A stretch of DNA of 64,000 bases from Basidiobolus meristosporus CBS 931.73 (taxonomy: Eukaryota; Fungi; Basidiobolomycota). Shown here one piece after another: positions 55,305-64,000 of the stretch. The translations under genes were made by a program, and so were the position numbers. Under the pieces are notes generated by a model, which saw only the letters and a program-made list of their open reading frames with translations, was not told where the DNA came from and ran no database searches. Where the stretch lies: positions 1-64,000 of the forward strand of contig MCFE01000149.1 in NCBI GenBank assembly GCA_002104905.1, written 5' to 3'. Each line of letters starts with the position of its first letter. Within the stretch, counting starts at the first letter, position 1.

Positions 55305-58300
55305 ATAGTTTGAATCAAAAAAAAATATGGCCTCCTGCTTACTAACCTCTACAAATGTGCACACCTGCCGCAATTAACATACTTCTATCACCTCAACTTT
55401 ATGGCTTTTTAGTGTGATACTTGCAAAGTTGCCATATACCTTGTACTGCTGGTAGCATATACATCTTGCAAACATATGCTTGGCTGTTGCCACTTCTACC
55501 ATGAATACCTCCTGAATATCAGGAAAGAACCTCTTGGTATTTAGCCAATATATTCCTTCTCCCTGCTGGATTCTAGTCCCCCTTATAGGTGCGCTCTGAC
55601 TTTTGTTTGTGTGAATTCCATATTGAATGGTGTAGAAGTTGGCTTGTGACCACAAGAAATCCAGCATATCTTGGTGGAGTCTTCCTGATAAAAACTAGTT
55701 GCTTGTTGCACTTTGCATTACTTAACTGATTACCCACACATTGGGGCTGCTTAGCTTCTTAATGCCATAGACATAGGTGTCTCCATGTGCACATTTGTCC
55801 TCAGTATTTTCCATCTCTTTCTGGCTGTCCTCCATGTGACAACTCATCACATCCATGACGGACCTAAAGGTAATATTCTTGATGAGATTGGGATATGGTA
55901 GTACCTGTAACTTGACTTGTCTTCCTATCTCCCCACACATCTGCTCCATAGGAAACTCCCAAAAGGTGAAGCAAGGCCTGATATTCTCCACACACCGTGC
56001 AAGATGGAGTAGAGAATGGATACAGTAGTGGCAGAGGTCTACATGTTCAGCTTTATGTTTGTAGTATAGCCGCTCAAATCCTGTCACAAACTCCACACAC
56101 AACAGCTGTAGATGCGTCAAGTTGGCATTGGTGATCCGCTTCTGGATAAATATTCCTACAATGTCCACATATGACTCCCAATGCTTCCAATGTACTCTTT
56201 GTAGGAATGGCTTCAGAACACCACTTGAATAAATACATATCCAGTTCATCCAGTCTTTGCATTTGTATTGTTGCATATGCATATGAATATTAATAGAGCC
56301 TGTGAGAAGTACTCAGGGTAGCAAATACTCTGTAATATCTTGCCAATTTTTCAAATTTCCCTGGTATCTCAAAGGGCTCATTTAGCTTGAAATGCCCCAT
56401 GTACAACTTGGTCATCAGTATAGGGATATTGTTGAAAAGCAAATGCATTGCTCCCAGTGGAAAGCTTTTGCTCCAACAGATACCCTCTATCCTAAGTATA
56501 TCCAGCTTCCATTTGATTCCATATTCCGGCTAATGGCTTATCACTTGCCAACTTTGCTGCAATTGCATGCTTACTTCTGTACGTTCTCTCTGTGGAAAGA
56601 TGATGTTCCTAGTGCTGGTGCTTGGGTAATAATAATGTTTGTGAGTTATGGAGTAAATCCCCTAGAGCTCACACATTTGACAGCAATACCATCCATTGTG
56701 CCCGGAAAAACCTGCTATCTTGCTGATGGCTGGGGTATCTCCAATGCAGATAATAATATGCGCTTTTACATGACAGCCATTTACCGTTATCCTGCTGGAA
56801 AGCATAAAAAACTCATTCAGCAATGTATACAGGTAGCTATCCAGGTTGGACGGTGATTTAGGCCCAAATACCAGTGATACTACCATCAGATTATTGCTCT
56901 GATATTGTAAGATGGGCGGCAGATTCAGATTGATGGGAATCAGTGGCCAGCAGGATTTGCTGGTAGAGTACTGTTTAATGAGAATCCATCAAGTGCTGAA
57001 GCAAAGGCATGGTCATACATACCTTCAAAGTAGCCCTTGCTTCTTAGCTGTTTGAAATGTTTGCCATCAAATATATTGGATATGTTTGCGCTTGATTGAT
57101 ACTGAGTGCAGTACTGTATAGCTTTGCAATATCTGTTGGACTGCATCAGCTTCTTCAGACAGGGTACAACTGGAATATATCCGGAGTGTGAACAATGTTT
57201 TCCCTCAATGGTGGTGGATTCCTGACAATTTGGACACCTTGCAATGGTAGCATTTTTGGATGTGAATGCCATGCAACTGTTAACACATGCTGGCATCAGG
57301 ACAGTCTCTGGATCATGTGTTGCCAGCCGCATGATGGTTGTCCACTTGTACCATGTATATAGTAAGTTGCATTTCAGTATGATTTTGGCAAGAAGCATTA
57401 ATAAATTCTCAAAGCCCCCATTACTGATATTAGTGGAAACATGCCACTTCTCTAGCCACAACATCACATCATTCACCAGTAGATGAATTACTGGGCTCAC
57501 TTGGCTCCATTAAGTATCCTTGGCATTTGTCTCAACAGGTGTTGTCTTATTGCATATAGGGATTTGACCGGGCTCATTTGTGGTAATGTTGTTAGCGGAG
57601 ATAGGCTCAAAATCCATCAGTGAACCTTCTTTGTCATAGCTATCACTCTGCATGCCATATTCAGAAGGCTGAGGTGAGCCTATAGGCATTGCAAACTCAC
57701 CTGACTTAGTTTGCACAAGGTGACAAAGACAGCCAGGTGCCAATATAGAAGTATCAACTGGCCGGCAAGATAATGATGGTACAGTAGTGACAAATGAATG
57801 GTCAAATATGACATGAGTGGCAAAACACTGGCCGTGATCCTTGTAATACTTCCTATGCTGTCTGTGTGCTTCCTGGCTGAGAGGCTAGCCACAATATCCA
57901 CATGGTCATTTTTCTCTTCTCTTATGGTGCTGAGTCAAAGTAGTCTTGTCCATGGGGCAAACAGTTTGACCTTCAACAACATAATGCTATTATATCACTT
58001 TTTGGTCAGTACTCATGTGAGCTTAAGACAATCTTGTACTTGAGACATTGCACCTACATGAATGTAAGATTCAATGATGACCCACCATAGTAAGCATAAT
58101 AAATAAAGTTGTGGCACCACCTACACATGTATATGTAACACTATTTCCCCTTTGGTTTGACTCACTTCCATATATATGCTGCCAAAAAATAAAGCAAAGT
58201 CATCTGGTTCTCAACCAAACCCCACCGCTGACAGCAACAGATGAATGGTTGGACAACAGCTTGCTTTGACATTCAGTGCAACAAGCAGGGCTACATCTAA

Positions 58301-58761
58301 AAAAGGCCCTGTGGACAGTGTGCCCATTGAAGGTAATAATGCGGACTCCTCAGGCTCTCAGTCAAATAGGCATTGAGAACCTCTGCGGAGCCACAAGATG
58401 ACCATTGTGCTCAGGCAGATGAGAATGTAGCAAATGCATTACCCTCTGTTGAAGATCAGCAAGGGGCCATGATAACATCACCACCACCCATATTAGCAAC
58501 TATGTTGTCAGCTCATACCAAAGCATTAATGGAGCAATTAGGTGCAGTGGCTGATAGGATAGATGCAATGGCCCAGAGAATTCAGGAAGTAGTCCAGAAA
58601 CAGGATGAGCTGATAATACGTGTAGAGCAATCAATATCCCAGGTAGAGAAAGCAGTATCTTTACTGCAAAGAAGGAACTCAAGTAGCTCAATGTCACAGC
58701 CAAGAATTGAGCCATTTCCCAATGTAACAGCAGAGGAATACCATACAGTCTTTGAAGCACA
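55305..58761 (-). mobile_element. Best-preserved Tnp2/CACTA (EnSpm-like) element: minus-strand transposase pseudogene and divergent plus-strand ORF2 (58176-58761)
   Basis: ACVNSCMAFT..CPNCQE, FASALDGFSL, VFGPKSPSNLDSYLYTLLNE, IGDTPAISKIAGFSGHNGWYCCQMC, HSLLHLARCVENIRPCFTFWEFPMEQMCG. ORF2 (MLPKNKAK.., coiled coil) is cut by the gypsy-B LTR. Terminal repeats were not found. Confidence 0.85.
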
Positions 58762-61700
58762 TGTTATGATCTGCTGCTTGAATGCTTAAGTTAGATCAGT
58801 TTTTAGTCAAATCAATTAGTTATATGCTTAGGTTATCAGTATATCAGTATTACTTATCAAATCAGTAGCATTAGTCAGCAAATGAGTCAGCAGATCATTA
58901 TTAGGCAGAAATAGATATATTAAGTAGGATCTTATTGGGTGATGATGATGCAATCAAATGAGTCATCAGTCACAACCTGCATTAGGTAATACAATTAGTC
59001 AGCAATTGATCTGGCAAAATGTATATAACAAGCTGCTGGAGCCACAATAAAGATCAGTTCAAGTTTTAGTGAATACAATACTAGCTAAACTCCCTATTCT
59101 TCTACAACTCTTATACCAAGACTTGTAACATTGGTAGCAGCAATAACCAGAAACCTCCCTCCTGAAGTAAGAAGAGACCACCCTCAAGATGTTGGACAAT
59201 CAAGAATAGAAGAATGCCATGCAGCAAATCCTGGCCCAACAGCAGCAGTTACTCCAGATCCTCAGCCAACAGCAATAAGGAATGACTACCATGGCTCAGA
59301 GCCAGCAAAGCCCTGTCAAGAACAACTTTAGTGTGAAGGTCAACTGGTACCATGGCAGAGTCAATGAAAGCCTGGGAACTTGGCTCCTTCAGATTGAAGA
59401 AGCTTTTAAGGCTAAAGGAATTGCTTCAGAAAGCAAGTTGCATTATGCAGTTTCTTACCTGGCAGATGCAGCTTTACAGTGGTACCACAACAAGATCAGG
59501 TCAGCCACCATGATGGGATGCTCTACAATCTCTACCTGGGATGAGTTTGTGTCGGAAATTCAGGATGCTTTTGAGCCCCCACACCAACAGACACTACTAA
59601 GAAGAAAGTTGAAGACACTCAGACAAAAAGGAATGGTCCAAGAGTACATCTATAAATATAGATGTCTACTTGGGCAAACTGAAAGAATGGACCCTCTGGA
59701 TCAAGTTGTATACTTTATTGATGGGTTGAAAGAAAGAACTTAATTATTGAAGACCTCAGACTATCAAAGAAGCCATCAAGATTGCCATTGACTATGACTC
59801 AGCTATGTTTGGAGCTGGGAAGCCTACAATGACTAATCAGAGAGGCTACAATCACTATAAACAAAGACAATCAGAAGCAGTGCCAATGGAAATAGACTCT
59901 ATACAGAAGAATCCTACCTCAGAAGGAGGTAAGAAGAAAGGACTTTGCTTCAATTGCAGCCAGCAAGGACATATTGCAAAGTACTGCCCTCAGAGCAGGA
60001 ATGGACACCAGCCAACAAGAACCTTCAACCATATTGAGTCCCATCAGCACAGTAATGTGGAGGATGAGCTTGAAGAAGACTTGGAACTCACCTTTCATAT
60101 GACAGCAGAGTACTTGTCCCAAATGACCTCAAATTCAGGGAAGTTATTGTACTTAAATGGAGTAATCAATGGAGTACCTGCTAAAATCATGATTAACTCA
60201 GGAGCGTCACATGAATACATGTCAGAACAATTTGCCTTGAAAGCTGGAATAAACTTGGAACCTACCAAATCAGCTTCAGTCTCCACAGCTGATGGGAACT
60301 CTCACATAATCAACCATATTACCCAGCCAGTAAGAATGAAGATCAATGACTATGAAGAAGACCTTCAGGCTTATATATTTTGGAACTGCAAGTTTGCTCT
60401 TGTACTTGGAAAAACCTGGCTATTTTGTTGTGATCCATTGATCAACTGGAGAACCCATGCTACTCCAATCCAAAAAGACAACAAGACCTATGCGCTATTA
60501 CCTACCAGGCTGGATTTCAACTTGGTCAATTCCAATATGTGTGAGACAAGTGAACTTAGCAAGACCCAGTTCTGTAGCACACTTAGAAAAGGTACCCAGA
60601 TGTTCCTCATGGTGGTATTACAGGAGCATTCCACTACCCCAGCACCCCAGCAGGTACAAACTCGCTTGAAGAAATATTCAGACATGTTTCCAGATGAGCT
60701 TGTAAGCCTACCACCAGTCAGAGACGTGGATCATGCCATTGGCACAGGTGATAGCCCTCCATTGAGCAAGACACTTACCAAATGAGTCCATTGGAATTGG
60801 AGGAAATGAAGAGACAAATTGATCAGCTATTGGAGCAAGGATACATCAGACCTAGCATGTCACCTTGGGGAGCACCAGTGCTTTTTGTGAAAAAGAAGGA
60901 TGGAACACTTGGATTGTGCAGGAACTCCAGAGCCCTCAACTCAGCTACTGCAAAGAAGAAGTGCCCATACCTAGGATTGCTGAGCTTTTGGACCAATTTA
61001 ATGAAGCCACCATATTCAGCAAGATTGACCTCATGTCAGGATACAACCAGATTAGGGTGAAACTGGAAGATATCCCTAAGACAGCATTCAGGACCAGATA
61101 TGGACATTACAAGTACTTAGTCATGAGTTTTGGCCTTACCAATGCCCCTGCAACACTCATGACCCTGATGCATACTGTCCTCCAGGAGTACTTAGACAAG
61201 TTTGTGATAATCTACCTAGATGACATATTGATATTCAGCATGACAGAAGAGGATCATTTGGTACCCATTGAAAATGTCTTGAAGAAGCTAAGAGAGAACA
61301 AGCTATAGGGGAAGCTAGCCAAGTGTGAATTCTTCAAGGAACATGTTGAATATCTGGGGCACATAGTAGACTTGTTCCGTTGGATAGTGCCACATTGAGC
61401 CATGAGGGCCAAATGCTGCCATAGTGTGCCTGGGAGGTCAAGTGGGCCTAAACTTGGCCACAGAGTGTGAAACATAGCTCTTCATCTTCATGCAAAGCAG
61501 CCCCTGTGTTTCACCCATTGTGCTGGAGAAAATCCATTTTTTGACCTTTTTTTTTGGATCAATGTTGTGCATGATGTGTAAGAGGACAGAAGGACTGAAG
61601 ACATGCATCTGGTACTCAATACCCATGGCACTCTGAATCTAGCTCCTGTAGCATATATTATGTCACAAAAATGAATGGCACTATCTTGGTCCACTGGTAC

Positions 61701-64000
61701 TATCTGGCACTATATTTAAATATTAGCCATAAAGTAAGATCTATACAAAGCACTTATAGTGCCAGATAGTACCAGTGGACCAAGATAGTGCCATTCATTT
61801 TTGTGACATAATATATGCTACAGGAGCTAGATTCAGAGTGCCATGGGTATTGAGTACCAGATGCATGTCTTCAGTCCTTCTGTCCTCTTACACATCATGC
61901 ACAACATTGATCCAAAAAAAAAGGTCAAAAAATGGACTTTCTCCAACACAATGGGTGAAACACAGGGGCTGCTTTGCATGAAGATGCAGAGCTATGTTTC
62001 ACACTCTGGGGCCAAGTTTAGGTCCGCTATGCCTCTCTGGCACGCAATGGCACTATTTGGCACTCATGGCTTAATGTGGCACTATCCAATGGAACAAGTC
62101 TAGTGACTAGCACAGGAGTGACCTTAGACCCTAAGAAGGTTGAAGTTATCAAGAATTTGAAGCAGCCCCATAGCATATCAGAACTCAGATCATTCCTTGG
62201 AATGTCATCCTATTATCAGAGATTTCTCAAATCCTTTGCAAGCATTGCAGCCTCTTTAACGGATATCCTCAAGAAAGACAACACCTACAAGTGGGACATA
62301 GCCTGTGAGACTGCATTTCAGAAGCTCAAGAATGAACTTGCTAAGCTGCCAAGCTTAAGAGTACCTGACTTCAGAAAAGAGTTTATCCTGTGCACAGATG
62401 CTTCAGATTATGCAGTGGTGGAGTACTAAGCCAACAACACGTGGGAAAGGACTACCCAGTTGCCTTTGAGTCCAAGAAACTGAACTCAGCAGAACAAAAC
62501 TATCCTGAGCATGAGAAGGAGATGCTTGCTATAATCCACTGCCTGAAGACATGGAGATGCTATATTGAAGGAGTCAAATGTACTGTAAAGACTGATCATG
62601 CTTCACTGAAGTATATATTTACTCAGAAGGTTCTATCCAGAAGAATGACAAGATGGAGTGAATACATTGAGCAATTTGACTTGGAGATTGTCTACTGCCC
62701 TGGGAAAAACAACACGGTTGCTGATGCCTTATCAAGACTAGAACAAGTGGCACAACTCAACTTGGTGCATGATTCAGATTGGCCTAGCTTATTGCCACAA
62801 TACTTGGAGGACCAAGCCATTCCTTATCAGGTGGATGAAGAGATAAAGAAGATAATCCAGGATGAAACCAGCAAGTTTGTTGTACAGGATGAAACACTCT
62901 ACCAAATTGTTGATGGAAGCCCTTTTGCCTATTGTCCTATGTTGCTTGCCTGGATTTAATACATATGCTACACAGTGGATATGGACATCTTGGGATTGTA
63001 GGAACCTTTAGCCTTGTGAAAGCCAGAGCATAGTAGCCCAGAAGGACACAAGATATTGAGAAGCTAGTGAAAACATGCCCAAACTGCCAAATCAATCAAG
63101 GCCGGCCACAAAGAATTGCCAGACTCTTCCCTTTGGAGCCTGTAAGACCATTTGAGAGATGGGGAATTGACTTTATTGGAAGACTGCCAACCATCAGGAA
63201 ATGCAACCGTTGGATCCTAGTAGCAATTGACCATGCCACTAAATGGCCAGTTGCTAAAGCTGTACCAATAGCCAGTGAACAAGAAGTTGCAAGTTTCATT
63301 TACCATGAGATCCTGATGAAGTTTGGATACCCTGTGGAGATCTTATCTGATAGAGGAGCAGATTTTATGGCAAAGACACTAGAGGCTTACTTAGAAATGC
63401 AGCAGATTAAACACTTGAAAACCTTGGCATATCACCCCAGAACTAATGGAGTCACTGAATGCTTCAATGGATTATTTGGAAAAATGCTGACCAAGTATGC
63501 AAATGGTGCTGTCAGTAGATGGGATGAGTATATAGATCAAGCACTTTTTGCCTGCAGAGTTAGAGTGCACAACACTACCCAACAATCACCATTTTACTTA
63601 GTGTATGGATGTGAACCAAGGATTCCAGGAGATCTCACACAACCCAAGCTTACAGATGCCTTAGAAGATGAACTTAGTCAGCCCAGTAGACACCAGCAAT
63701 TGGAATAAAGACAACAAGAGGCACAGGCCAATAAGTATGTCAAAGTGCAAAAAAGATGAAGCAGAGATTTGATAAGACTATAGCACCAGAGGCATTGACA
63801 GTTGGCAACTTTGTATTGCTAAGAAACAACACTCAGAAGAAGTTTGAGCCTCAATGAACAGGACCATTCAAGATCATCAGAGAATGTCCATTTGCAACTT
63901 ACCAACTAGTGGATAAACAAGGGAATATCCAGGAAGATTTAGTTCATAGAGACAGACTCAAGCTTGCAAGACTTGCTGATAATACTGAACCATCAAGATA
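58762..64000 (+). mobile_element. Ty3/gypsy family-B element (5' LTR 58762-59130), runs off the window; degenerate
   Basis: LTR TGTTA..TAACA, PBS TGGTAGCAG (iMet-like), retrotransposon gag (AALQWY), CFNCSQQGHIAKYC knuckle, protease INSGAS, RT ([30 protein letters not shown]), RNase H (TDASDY, EKEMLAI), integrase (WGIDFIG, SDRGADF, YHPRTNG). Confidence 0.95.
61368..62101. mobile_element. Foldback/MITE-like non-autonomous DNA element (347-bp inverted arms, 40-bp spacer) inserted in gypsy-B RT
   Basis: Arms 61368-61714 and 61755-62101 are reverse complements. The termini are AGACTTGTTCC/GGAACAAGTCT, flanked by AGT..AGT. Removing the element and one AGT restores YLGHIVTSTGVTLDPKK. Confidence 0.92.

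Noticed and set aside
61366-62103. Foldback element as a self-splicing-signal (introner-like) insertion: GT at the left junction and AG at the right
   Set aside because: Splicing GT(61366)..AG(62103) leaves cacata+tgact, one base short of the original RT frame, so it does not restore the gene.
34150-64000. Classical Neurospora-type RIP (CpA to TpA)
   Set aside because: CpA and TpG remain abundant and the loss is specific to CpG; LTR differences also include many transversions consistent with age.

Overview
Eukaryotic genomic DNA, most likely from an early-diverging fungus. This is inferred from short GT-AG introns, fungal-type FET4 and HOG1, and a WW-MyTH4-RhoGAP gene; Zoopagomycota/Mucoromycota-like is a guess. 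The window has two sharply different halves. Positions 1 to ~34,150 are CpG-rich and gene-dense: low-affinity iron permease FET4 (partial), F-box-like protein, mitochondrial malate dehydrogenase, HOG1 MAPK, ARHGAP39-like RhoGAP, a PWWP-like protein, a secreted alginate-lyase-family enzyme with a hydrophobic C-terminal tail, a divergent forkhead-like protein, a Myb/SANT coiled-coil protein and several unresolved multi-exon genes. Positions ~34,150 to 64,000 are an almost CpG-free nest of dead transposons: several Tnp2/CACTA-type transposase copies, a Ty1/copia, two Ty3/gypsy families (one inserted into an older copy of itself) and a 734-bp foldback/MITE hairpin inside a gypsy pol. The strongest observations are (1) the CpG cliff, where ancestral CpGs can be reconstructed from PBS and TSD pairs, (2) the foldback element with perfectly identical inner arms, and (3) the four-level nesting. 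I did not find a clearly new gene system. All calls were made by eye, without database searches.
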